45,816 bases of DNA from Candidatus Acidiferrales bacterium (GTDB lineage: Bacteria; Acidobacteriota; Terriglobia; Acidiferrales; UBA7541). Position 1 is the stretch's first letter, and each line of letters starts with the position of its first letter. The position numbers and the translations under genes are program-made. Location of the stretch: contig JASHRL010000231.1 in NCBI GenBank assembly GCA_030037355.1, forward strand, positions 1 through 45,816, given 5' to 3'. The notes under the pieces were generated by a model that was not told the DNA's origin, did no database searches, and worked only from the letters and a program-made list of their open reading frames with translations. Of the stretch, positions 25,867 to 34,117 are shown one piece after another.

Positions 25867-26068
25867 GTCATTCCGAGCTTGCCCAACAGGGCGGGCGCGG
25901 ATGCGACGAGCATCCGACGAACCTGCTCGCCTAGGCGAGCCTGCCTGCCGGAGGCAGGGAATCTGCCGTTGCCTTCGTATTTGTAGGGCCCGATTGGTTT
26001 TATCGGGCCGTTGCCGTTCGCAGAACGGCACAAGCATTTCGGCAGGCAGGGTCCGCCTCGCCCTGAGC
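25867..26068. repeat. cluster of GC-rich nested/alternative palindromes (REP-like element or structured RNA)
   Basis: Hairpins: GGATGC-GACGA-GCATCC (25899-25915), CTCGCC-TA-GGCGAG (25925-25938), CCTGCC-GGA-GGCAGG (25943-25957), GGCCCGAT-TGGTTTT-ATCGGGCC (25986-26008), and TGCCGTTC-GCA-GAACGGCA (26011-26029). A long-range pairing joins 25933-25948 to 26040-26061. Shares the GCCTGCCTGC/GCAGGCAGG motif with 12624-12643. Confidence 0.55.
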
Positions 26069-26110
26069 GCATTTCGCATGCGTGCGACGCTCGCTTTGCC
26101 TTCGCTTTTT

Positions 26111-26142
26111 TCCAGCCTCTAGTCTCCAGCCTCTAGCTTCCA
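26111..26142. repeat. 14-nt (2 x 7) tandem repeat, 2.3 copies
   Basis: CCAGCCTCTAGTCT|CCAGCCTCTAGCTT|CCAG, located 22 nt upstream of the Nudix gene start. Confidence 0.65.
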
Positions 26143-26163
26143 GAATCCTGCTATCATCCCTCC

Positions 26164-26706
26164 GTGCCCACTCGCGCAAAGATTCTTTCCAGTCGCACTG
26201 TCTTCCACGGCCCCGTCTTCGACGTCCGCCACGACCGCGTCCTCGAGCCCGGCGGCATTCGCGTGGAACGCGACGTCGTCGTCCACAACGGCTCCGTCGT
26301 CGTCCTTCCCGTTCTCGACGACGGCCACATCATTCTTGTGCGCCAGTATCGTCATTCCGTCGGCGGCTATCTCTGGGAACTCGTCGCCGGCCGCATGGAG
26401 CCGCGCGAATCTCCGCTCCCTGGCGCCAAGCGCGAACTTCTCGAGGAGACTGGCTACACCGCGCGACGCTGGCAGAAAATTCTCGACGTCTATCCCACTC
26501 CCGGCTTCGTCAGCGAACGCATGGTCGCCTTCGTCGCTCGCGGCCTTCGCGCGGGCGCTGCCCAGCCGGAAGACGATGAACGCATCATCGTCCGCGCTTT
26601 CTCGCCTCGCGAGCTCGATCGCTCGATTCGCTCCGGCAAGCTCCGCGACGCCAAATCCATCGCCGGAATTCTCTACTACCTCCGATTTTGCGTGAGAAAA
26701 CGTTAG
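26164..26706 (+). CDS. Nudix hydrolase (ADP-ribose pyrophosphatase-like)
   Basis: Complete Nudix box [23 protein letters not shown]. The N-terminus [15 protein letters not shown] is typical of the ADPRase subfamily. GTG start. Confidence 0.85.
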   Translation: MPTRAKILSSRTVFHGPVFDVRHDRVLEPGGIRVERDVVVHNGSVVVLPVLDDGHIILVRQYRHSVGGYLWELVAGRMEPRESPLPGAKRELLEETGYTARRWQKILDVYPTPGFVSERMVAFVARGLRAGAAQPEDDERIIVRAFSPRELDRSIRSGKLRDAKSIAGILYYLRFCVRKR

Positions 26707-26713
26707 GAACGAA

Positions 26714-26917
26714 GTGCAAGGCACTGTGAAGTGGTTCAACAACGCGAAAGGCTTCGGTTTCATCGGCCGCGACGATGGCGGCCCTGACGTCTTTGTGCAT
26801 CACACCGGCATCGCTGGCGACAAATTCAAAACCCTCCGCGAAGGTGACCGCGTCGAATTCGACATCGTCGCCGGTCCCGAAGGTCAGCAAGCCTCCAACG
26901 TCGTCAAACTCTCGTGA
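26714..26917 (+). CDS. cspA: cold-shock protein (CspA family)
   Basis: 67 aa. [15 protein letters not shown] (RNP1) and DVFVHH (RNP2). The GTG start is only 7 nt after the Nudix stop. Confidence 0.9.
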   Translation: MQGTVKWFNNAKGFGFIGRDDGGPDVFVHHTGIAGDKFKTLREGDRVEFDIVAGPEGQQASNVVKLS

Positions 26918-26939
26918 AGTAGTAGAATTGCGAACTAAC

Positions 26940-27701
26940 ATGAGCGATTTGGCCACGTTCATCGGCATCGACCTCGCGTGGAGCGCGAAGAAATTGTCGG
27001 GCATTGCCGTGCTGGAGGGCGGCCAGCAAGGCGCACGACTCATAGACGCATGTCTCAAATCATCAAACGAAGTACGCGCACATATCGAGCCCCATATAAG
27101 GAAGTCTACCGTTGTTGCCATCGACGCGCCGTTGATCATCAAAAACAAAATAGGGCAGCGGCCATGTGAATCCCTGATCAGCAAGCACTATTCCAAGCGA
27201 CAGGCAGGGGCTTACCCGGCTAACCTTTCTTTGCATCCCGATAGCGTCGGCGTTCGCCTTGCCAATGATTTGGAAAACAAATTAGCGTTTAATCATGCTC
27301 CAGTTGTCTCTCAACGTCAGAACAGCCGCATAATGCTTGAGGTCTATCCGCATCCCGCTATCGTCGAGCTTTTCGAGTTGCGGCATATAATAAAATACAA
27401 GAAAGGAAAAGTTGCACTGAGACGATCGGGACAGCAGGAGCTCCAGTGCCGGATTGGCAAGTTACGCTCTTTCTCCCCACCTCTTAATGCCACCCCGATG
27501 CTCTCTGAGTGCTTAGGGATTGATGCTAATTCGCTGCGGGGCCCCGCTCTCAAGGATAACGAGGATAAGCTGGACGCGATCTTATGCGCCTACATTGCTT
27601 ATTACTATTGGTTCTGGGGCAGCGAGCGCAATAGGCTATTCGGTGACATAGAACACGGCTACATCGTCGTTCCCTTCCTCCCGAGCAACGCTAGCCGATG
27701 A
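26940..27701 (+). CDS. DUF429-like predicted RNase H-fold nuclease
   Basis: ATG 26940 within track ORF 26775..27701. Shows the acidic-residue pattern I associate with DUF429: FIGIDLAW, VVAIDAPLII, LEVYPHPA, NEDKLDAILCAYIA. The 3' two-thirds is visibly AT-rich. Confidence 0.68.
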   Translation: MSDLATFIGIDLAWSAKKLSGIAVLEGGQQGARLIDACLKSSNEVRAHIEPHIRKSTVVAIDAPLIIKNKIGQRPCESLISKHYSKRQAGAYPANLSLHPDSVGVRLANDLENKLAFNHAPVVSQRQNSRIMLEVYPHPAIVELFELRHIIKYKKGKVALRRSGQQELQCRIGKLRSFSPPLNATPMLSECLGIDANSLRGPALKDNEDKLDAILCAYIAYYYWFWGSERNRLFGDIEHGYIVVPFLPSNASR

Positions 27702-27775
27702 TGGGATGTCTTCGTCGAGCCTTGCTAGACGTCCTCCGCTCCCCTTTTGACTAAGTTTCCCTTTATAATCCCTCC

Positions 27776-29566
27776 ATGGAAAATCGCGATATTGCCCGCA
27801 TCCTCCACGAGACCGCCCTGCTCCTCGAAATCGACGGCGCCATCATCGGCCGTTATCGCAGCTACGAAAAAGCTGCCGAACTTCTTTCGAGCATTCCCGA
27901 GCACGTCGAAGAACTCGCCAAAGATCGCGCCAAGCTCACTTCGCTCCCCGGCATCGGCGAAGGCATGGCCGGTCACATCGACGAAATCCTCGCCACCGGC
28001 GACTACAGCCTTCGCAAGAAGCTCCTGAAAAAATATCCCGCGACGATCCTCGATATCCTTTCGCTTCAGGGCATTGGCCCGAAAAAGGTCGCGCTGCTCT
28101 GGAAAAAGTTCAAGGCTGGTTCTGTCGAAGACGTCGCCAAGCTCGCGCGCGAAGGCAAGCTCCGCGACATTGCCGGCTTCGGCGAAAAAACCGAGGAGAA
28201 CATTCTCAAAGCCGTCGAATTTTTCCAGCGCTCCAGTGGCCGTGTCCGTCTCGACGTCGCCACCAACACCGCCGCCGAAGTCGCCGAATATATCCGCAAG
28301 CTCGGCGGCAAAATCGAATCCGTCACGCCCGCCGGCTCGCTCCGCCGCGGCAAGGAAACCATCGGCGATCTCGATTTCCTCGTGATTCCCGCCGGCCGCC
28401 CCACGCAAAAAGCCATCGACGCCATCTTCGATCACATTTTGAAATTCCCTCCCATTCAGCAAGTTCTCGCGCACGGTGAAAATAAAATCAGCTTCTTGCT
28501 GACCAATGGAATGCAAGTTGACGTCCGCGCCATCGCGGAAGAAAGCCACGGCGCCGCGCTCCTTTATTTCACCGGTTCGAAGGAGCACAACGTCGCTCTC
28601 CGCGGCCGCGCCAACGCCATGGGCTACACGCTCAACGAATACGCCCTCAGCACGCTCAAAGGCGAGCGTCACGTTGCCAGCAAAACCGAAGCGGAAATCT
28701 ACGCCAAGCTCAAGCTGCCTTACATCGAACCCGAGCTGCGCGAAAACACTGGCGAAATCGAAGCCGCCGAAAAGGGCGCGCTCCCCAAGCTCATCACTCT
28801 CGACGATATTCGCGGCGATCTGCAAATGCACACCACTGCTTCCGACGGCCACAATTCCATCGAGGAAATGGCCGAAGCCGCGCGCGATCTCGGCTACGAA
28901 TACATCGCCCTAACCGATCATTCGAAAAGCGTCACTGTCGCCAACGGCCTCGACGAAAAGCGCACGCTCGCGCAAATCAAGAAAATCCGCGAAGCCGAAA
29001 AACGCGTCGGCGGCATTCGCCTTTTCGCCAGCAGCGAAGTGGACATTCTCAAGGACGGCTCACTCGATCTTCACGACGACGTCCTCGCCGAACTCGATAT
29101 CGTTCTCGTTTCTATCCACTCCTATATGAATCTCGAACGCGCCGAAATGACCGATCGCATCCTCGCCGCCATTGAAAATCCCTATACGCAAATCCTCGCG
29201 CATCCCACTGGCCGCCTCATCCTCAAGCGCGAACCTTACGATTACGACATCGAAAAAGTCCTCGACGCCTGCCGCAAGCATGGCGTCGTCGTCGAATGCA
29301 ACGCCGCTCCCGAGCGCCTCGATTTCCGCGACGCGAATCTTCGCCTCGCCAAGCAGCGCGGCGTCAAGGTCGTGATCTCCACCGACGCGCACTCCACCGC
29401 GCATTTCGATCTCATGAAATACGGCGTCCAGACCGCCCGCCGCGGCTGGCTTGAGGCTCACGACGTCGTGAATACCTTCCCGCTCAAGAAATTCCTCTCT
29501 GCCCTTCGTCCCAAGCCTGCCCGCTCCGGCGAGCACAGTACAGCCCGTAAAGCAACTGCGCGCTAA
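27776..29566 (+). CDS. polX: DNA polymerase X family protein with C-terminal PHP domain
   Basis: 596 aa. HhH motifs (LPGIGEGMAGHI, LQGIGPKKV), the Pol-beta nucleotidyltransferase motif GSLRRGKETIGDLDFLV, and the PHP segments LQMHTTASDGHNSIEEM and TDAHS. Confidence 0.9.
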   Translation: MENRDIARILHETALLLEIDGAIIGRYRSYEKAAELLSSIPEHVEELAKDRAKLTSLPGIGEGMAGHIDEILATGDYSLRKKLLKKYPATILDILSLQGIGPKKVALLWKKFKAGSVEDVAKLAREGKLRDIAGFGEKTEENILKAVEFFQRSSGRVRLDVATNTAAEVAEYIRKLGGKIESVTPAGSLRRGKETIGDLDFLVIPAGRPTQKAIDAIFDHILKFPPIQQVLAHGENKISFLLTNGMQVDVRAIAEESHGAALLYFTGSKEHNVALRGRANAMGYTLNEYALSTLKGERHVASKTEAEIYAKLKLPYIEPELRENTGEIEAAEKGALPKLITLDDIRGDLQMHTTASDGHNSIEEMAEAARDLGYEYIALTDHSKSVTVANGLDEKRTLAQIKKIREAEKRVGGIRLFASSEVDILKDGSLDLHDDVLAELDIVLVSIHSYMNLERAEMTDRILAAIENPYTQILAHPTGRLILKREPYDYDIEKVLDACRKHGVVVECNAAPERLDFRDANLRLAKQRGVKVVISTDAHSTAHFDLMKYGVQTARRGWLEAHDVVNTFPLKKFLSALRPKPARSGEHSTARKATAR

Positions 29567-29647
29567 CTTTGTATGGCGCGGCACGTCCAATCAGGGGAAC
29601 TTTTCGGCCAAGCTGTGCGTATCTGAAGCCAATAGGAGGATCACCTA

Positions 29648-30511
29648 ATGCGTCGTTTTTGTTTTGTCGCTTTCGCGCTGTCTGCGTTGGTTTTCGCAGC
29701 GATGGCCATCTCTCCGTCAGCCCATGCTGACGACTGGTCCAAGACCTACAAATTCTCTGGCCGCCCGAATCTCCGCGTCACCAGCAACGAGGGCCACGTT
29801 GACCTCTATTCCTCCGCCGACGGCCAAATCGACGCCCATATCACCACGCGTGGCTGGACCATCGGTGATCGCGGCGTCAAAATCACGGAGAGCCAGTCCG
29901 GCAACGACATCAATATCGACGTTCACGTCCCTACGATGCATTTTTCTTTCGGCTGGACCGATCGCTCCGTCCGCATCGAACTCCGCATTCCTCACGAAGC
30001 TGACTTCGATGTCGAAACCGGCGACGGCAGCGTCACCTCCCAGCCATTTCACGGCCAGCTCCGCATCTCCACCGGCGACGGCAACATCGACGCCAATGGC
30101 CTCAAGGGCGACTTGCGTCTCCATTCCGGCGATGGCCGCATCACCGCCAGCGATCTCGATGGCTCGCTTCGCGCCGATTCTGGCGATGGTCACATCGAAG
30201 TTCACGGCCGCTTCGATGTGCTCAGCCTCGAATCCGGCGACGGCGCTGTCGTTGCCGAAGCTGCTTCCGGCTCGAAAATTTCATCTGACTGGTCGCTTCA
30301 CTCCGGCGACGGCAGCATCACTCTGCGCCTTCCCGATGGTCTGAACGCCGATCTCCACGCGCATACCGGCGACGGCCACATCGACCTTGATTTTCCAGTC
30401 ACCGTTCAGGGTTCCATGTCGGGCTCGACCATTCGCGGCAAAATCGGCGCCGGCGGCCCGCCGCTGACGATTCGCACCGGTGACGGCTCGATTCACATCG
30501 AGAAAATGTAA
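29648..30511 (+). CDS. secreted DUF4097-like beta-strand repeat protein (GDG-type repeats)
   Basis: Signal FALSALVFAAMAISPSAHA. Eight (S/T)GDGx(I/V) units roughly 20 aa apart (TGDGSV, TGDGNI, SGDGRI, SGDGHI, SGDGAV, SGDGSI, TGDGHI, TGDGSI). SD AGGAGGA upstream. Confidence 0.75.
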   Translation: MRRFCFVAFALSALVFAAMAISPSAHADDWSKTYKFSGRPNLRVTSNEGHVDLYSSADGQIDAHITTRGWTIGDRGVKITESQSGNDINIDVHVPTMHFSFGWTDRSVRIELRIPHEADFDVETGDGSVTSQPFHGQLRISTGDGNIDANGLKGDLRLHSGDGRITASDLDGSLRADSGDGHIEVHGRFDVLSLESGDGAVVAEAASGSKISSDWSLHSGDGSITLRLPDGLNADLHAHTGDGHIDLDFPVTVQGSMSGSTIRGKIGAGGPPLTIRTGDGSIHIEKM

Positions 30512-30586
30512 CCGTCGCATGATCAAAAAGTGAGTCACACGATTCACGATTTTCGGTTTTTCTGATTCGCAGGCGAGGAGGTTCTC

Positions 30587-31342
30587 ATGCGTAAAGCGGC
30601 TCTGCTTTTCGGAATTCTCTGTTTCGTCGCGCTCGTCTCAGCCATTCGCCCCGCTGCCGCTGACGATTCGCAATCCGATCACGAATGGTCCAAGACTTGG
30701 ACCATCTCGCCGTCCACCCAATTCCATCTCGTCGCCGACCGCGGCAGCATCCACATTACGCAAGGCGCCGCAAATTCCATTCGCGCTGTCGTCACCACGG
30801 AGGGCTGGCGCATCGACTCCTCCGAAGTCTCCATCTCCGATTCGCAGGATTCTCAGCGCCTCGATCTGCAAGTCCCCGCCGGCTCGAATCTCGATCTCGA
30901 GACCGGCTTTGGCGACATCCTCGCCGATCCGCTCCAGGCCCAGCTTCGCGCCAGCACGGGTTTTGGCAACATTCATCTCAGCGGTTATCAAGGCCGTCTC
31001 CGCGCCGATACCGGTTTCGGCGACATGAACGTCGACGGCCATTTCGACGCGTTGATTCTCAAGACCGGCTTCGGCACCATTCGCGCTCAGGCCGATTCCG
31101 GCTCGCGCATCTCCGACGACTGGCGGCTTTCCTCTGGCTTCGGCGACGTTAGCCTCGGTCTGCCCGACGGCCTCAACGCCTATCTTGACGCTCACACCGG
31201 CATGGGCCGCGTTTCTTCCGACCTTCCCATCACTATCGCCGGCTCAATGGAGCATTCTTCCATCCACGGACGCATCGGTTCCGGCGGCCCCAACATCAGC
31301 ATCGAAACCGGCTTCGGCTCCGTGCATCTGAACCACACGTAG
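30587..31342 (+). CDS. secreted DUF4097-like beta-strand repeat protein (GFG-type repeats)
   Basis: Signal LLFGILCFVALVSAIRPAAA. Seven (S/T)G(F/M)Gx(I/V/M) units. Shares the (D/E)WSKT(Y/W) N-terminal motif and the ...GGP(P/N)(L/I)(T/S)I(R/E)TG(D/F)GS(I/V)H(I/L) C-terminus with the preceding gene. SD GAGGAGG upstream. Confidence 0.75.
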   Translation: MRKAALLFGILCFVALVSAIRPAAADDSQSDHEWSKTWTISPSTQFHLVADRGSIHITQGAANSIRAVVTTEGWRIDSSEVSISDSQDSQRLDLQVPAGSNLDLETGFGDILADPLQAQLRASTGFGNIHLSGYQGRLRADTGFGDMNVDGHFDALILKTGFGTIRAQADSGSRISDDWRLSSGFGDVSLGLPDGLNAYLDAHTGMGRVSSDLPITIAGSMEHSSIHGRIGSGGPNISIETGFGSVHLNHT

Positions 31343-31366
31343 TCCGCGAACGCGCGCTCGCAATCT

Positions 31367-32842
31367 CTAATTCGCCATCGCGTTCCGCAGTTCCCGCACC
31401 GCTCCGGGTATCTGTTCAACAGGCGTGCTGCCAAAACCGACAATGAATCCTTGCCGCATGGCCTTGCCATAATAAAGCCGCGAGAGCGGCACCAGCGTAA
31501 TCCCCCGCGCCGCCGCGCGCTCCGCAATTTCCCGATCCGAAATTCCCTTTACCATCATGCAGAAGTGCATTCCCGCCTGCGCTCCTCCGATTTCCACCCG
31601 CGCTCCCAATTCCTCTTGTATGCACTGGATCAAAACGCTTCGCCGCTCCGCATACACCGCTCGCATCCGCCGGACATGCCGCGAAAAATGGCCCTCGCGA
31701 ATGAAATCCGCCAGCACCGCCTGATGGAACGTCGCCGGCCCGATGTCCATCGCAAACCGCACGGCGAGAAATCGCTCCACAAGGTCTTCCGGCGCCACAA
31801 TGTATCCCAGCCGTACCGAAGGAAAGAGAACCTTGCTGAACGTTCCGATGTACACCACGCGCGAATTCCGATCCAATCCCTGCAGCGACGTCACCGGCAT
31901 GCTTTCATAGCGGTACTCGCTGTCATAATCATCTTCGATGATCCACGATCGATTGCTTTCCGCCCAATCCAGCAATTGCAGCCGCCGCGACGCGCTCATC
32001 GTCACGCCAAGCGGATACTGATGCGACGGCGTCACAAGCGCTGCTCGCGCGTTGCGGCATTTTTTCACGCCGCTCGCCACGTTCAGCCCTTCTTCATCCA
32101 CGGGAACAGGCACAATCTTGCAGCCGCTGAATTCAAATACGCCCCGCGCATACGCATATCCGGGTTCTTCGATCCATAGGCGGTCTCCCGCATCCAGCAG
32201 CACTCGCGCCGTTATCTCCAGCCCCTGCTGCGAACCGCTCACAATCACAATCTGGCTTGCATCGCACCGCACGCCTCGCGCCGTTCGCAGATGCCCCGCG
32301 ATCGCCTCTCGCAGCTCCTTCAACCCCATTGGATCGCCATAATCGAGCGTTCGCGCACCCGTGCGTCTCGCGTGCCGCGTCACCAGCCTGTTCCAGATTC
32401 GCAGCGGAAAATGCTCAGAGGAGACCTGGCTGGCAAGAAAAGGCCCTAATCCGCGGCCCGCAAAAAAGCGCTCTCTCGCCGGAAGTTTCGCGCATCGCTT
32501 GGAAATTGCCCTTCGCGTGGACGTTCTTTTCGTTGACGTCTCGCGCCCTGCCTGCCCCGCCCCGCTTCTTTCCGGCAGCGATCTCGATACCACCGTGCCC
32601 GACCCCACCCGGCTCTCGAAATATCCCTCCGCCAGCAGTTGCGCGTAAGCATTCAGCACGGGAATTCGCGACACCTGCAGTTCGGCCGCCTGCACGCGGC
32701 TCGACGGCACACGCTGCCCCGCTCGCAAACTCCCTTCCAAAATCGCCTTGCGATAGCCTTCATACACTTGCCGGTAAAGCGATTTCGACGCCTTCCGTGT
32801 AATCGAAATAATCGGCGACGTTATCGAAGGAACTCTCTTCAT
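31367..32842 (-). CDS. MocR-family transcriptional regulator (GntR wHTH + PLP aminotransferase-like domain)
   Basis: SLYRQVYEGYRKAILEGSLRAGQRVPSSRVQAAELQVSRIPVLNAYAQLLAEGY (GntR HTH). PLP-lysine motif IGTFSKVLFPSVRLGY. ATG 32842 is preferred to the track GTG at 32914. Confidence 0.85.
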   Translation of the reverse strand: MKRVPSITSPIISITRKASKSLYRQVYEGYRKAILEGSLRAGQRVPSSRVQAAELQVSRIPVLNAYAQLLAEGYFESRVGSGTVVSRSLPERSGAGQAGRETSTKRTSTRRAISKRCAKLPARERFFAGRGLGPFLASQVSSEHFPLRIWNRLVTRHARRTGARTLDYGDPMGLKELREAIAGHLRTARGVRCDASQIVIVSGSQQGLEITARVLLDAGDRLWIEEPGYAYARGVFEFSGCKIVPVPVDEEGLNVASGVKKCRNARAALVTPSHQYPLGVTMSASRRLQLLDWAESNRSWIIEDDYDSEYRYESMPVTSLQGLDRNSRVVYIGTFSKVLFPSVRLGYIVAPEDLVERFLAVRFAMDIGPATFHQAVLADFIREGHFSRHVRRMRAVYAERRSVLIQCIQEELGARVEIGGAQAGMHFCMMVKGISDREIAERAAARGITLVPLSRLYYGKAMRQGFIVGFGSTPVEQIPGAVRELRNAMAN

Positions 32843-33000
32843 TGGCGCGAAATCATAATGGCTATATCGAATGAGCGTCAAGTGGATATTGCGTATCACC
32901 GCTTTCTCGGGCACTCTGCGTCCGTATGCTTTGGCCGAATCGGTTCTCCTACTTTATCTCTCCGATCTGCCTTCCCAACCTGCAACCCGGAGGATTCTCG

Positions 33001-33297
33001 ATGCGCAAAATTCTGAAAGGAAAAATCAAGCCAGCCTTCGCCGCTCTCGCTCTGCTCGCATCGCTGGCCGTCGTTCCAACCAGCATCGGCGCGCAGGATC
33101 AGTCCATGAACGACATGAAGCCGAAAGGCAAAGTCGTTTACGTCTGCGCTTGCCTGAAAGACAAATCCTGTTCTTGCATGACGGAGGCCAAGACCGAAGG
33201 TCCGTGCTCTTGCGGAACCGAAGACGGGCCGCCGATGAAGGCTGTGTCGAAAGACAGCGCTTGGGCCAAGGCCAATCGCGACGCGCTCGCTCACTGA
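33001..33297 (+). CDS. small secreted cysteine-rich protein (98 aa, three CxC dyads)
   Basis: ATG 33001 is preceded by a GGAGG SD. Signal MRKILKGKIKPAFAALALLASLAVVPTSIGA. The mature part contains VYVCACLKDKSCSCMTEAKTEGPCSCG. Confidence 0.6.
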   Translation: MRKILKGKIKPAFAALALLASLAVVPTSIGAQDQSMNDMKPKGKVVYVCACLKDKSCSCMTEAKTEGPCSCGTEDGPPMKAVSKDSAWAKANRDALAH

Positions 33298-33531
33298 GCC
33301 ATCGCCGTCTGAGCCTTCTTGCTGAACGTTGGACAGTCACATGAGTGCGAGGTCTGATTTGATGCGCAAATCTCTACGCCAGCCGTACGAATCGCCTTCA
33401 CTTGGCGCAACTTCGGCCGCGCTTCCCACGCGCGCAGCCCAATTCTGCGTTTGCCGTACGAAAAGCAATCATTCTGCTCTGCGCCACGCATCCCAGCCGC
33501 GTCTTCGCAGGAGCCTATCGGGAGCGAATCC

Positions 33532-33990
33532 GTGAGCGAAACTCTAAACATCTCCATTTCGCCGTCGCCAGCCGGCGAGACGCCGGCGCTCGAGGAAATT
33601 TCTTCCCAGTCCTCAAAGCTGCCACGGCCCCGTCGCGGCCGGATCGCCATTAAAAACGACGGCAAGATTCTCTTCCTCAATCCCGCCGTTATTCTTACCG
33701 TCGAGGCGCAGGGCAACTACGTCGTCCTCCATCGCGAATCTGGCCCTCTTCGCCTTCGCGAGTCCATCTCTCTGATGGCCGAAAAGCTTTTCGCTTTCGG
33801 ATTCATCCGTATTCATCGTTCCGTGCTTGTCAATCGGTTTTGGGTCGAGGAAATCCGTCCGCTCGTCGCTGGCGATTATCTCCTGCGCCTCACCGGCGGC
33901 AGAGAGCTCACCGTCACGCGCACCTACAAGAAGAATCTCCTCTCGCTCGCCGAACTTTGGCTCACGAATGACAATTTTTCTGCCAACTGA
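33532..33990 (+). CDS. stand-alone LytTR DNA-binding domain protein (no receiver domain)
   Basis: The LytTR core is RIAIKNDGKILFLNPAVILTVEAQGNYVVLH...FIRIHRSVLVNRFWVEEI...LTVTRTYKKNL. GTG 33532 has a GGGAG SD 8 nt upstream. The track start at 33451 is a TTG, so the 5' end is uncertain. Confidence 0.75.
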   Translation: MSETLNISISPSPAGETPALEEISSQSSKLPRPRRGRIAIKNDGKILFLNPAVILTVEAQGNYVVLHRESGPLRLRESISLMAEKLFAFGFIRIHRSVLVNRFWVEEIRPLVAGDYLLRLTGGRELTVTRTYKKNLLSLAELWLTNDNFSAN

Positions 33991-34117
33991 GCATCTCTCC
34001 GCATCTGGCATTTGCAGATGACGCGGCAATTATCCTTTGCGCGCGTCGCTGCATCTCTTTACAGCGCGGGCCATCCCATCTACTCTCACTTTATCTTTAG
34101 TGACAGGAGTCTAGACA

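Noticed and set aside
14126-26142. Possibility that the short periodic arrays are CRISPR repeats
   Set aside because: The units are 7-14 nt and directly abutting, with no spacers. No cas genes are present.
25466-26579. Track ORFs 25466..26122, 25753..25986, 25806..26072 and 26082..26579
   Set aside because: They run through the response-regulator antisense strand, the palindrome cluster, or the Nudix gene out of frame. The translations are repeat-derived or Arg-rich.
27348-27359. 12-mer CCGCATCCCGCT shared between the DUF429-like gene and the trpS leader repeat
   Set aside because: It is short, sits inside a conserved coding motif (YPHPA), and has no flanking similarity. I treat it as coincidence.
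27725-28852. 375-aa minus-strand ORF
   Set aside because: It is antisense to polX. It has no recognisable motifs and a Gly/Ala/Glu/Phe-rich shadow composition.
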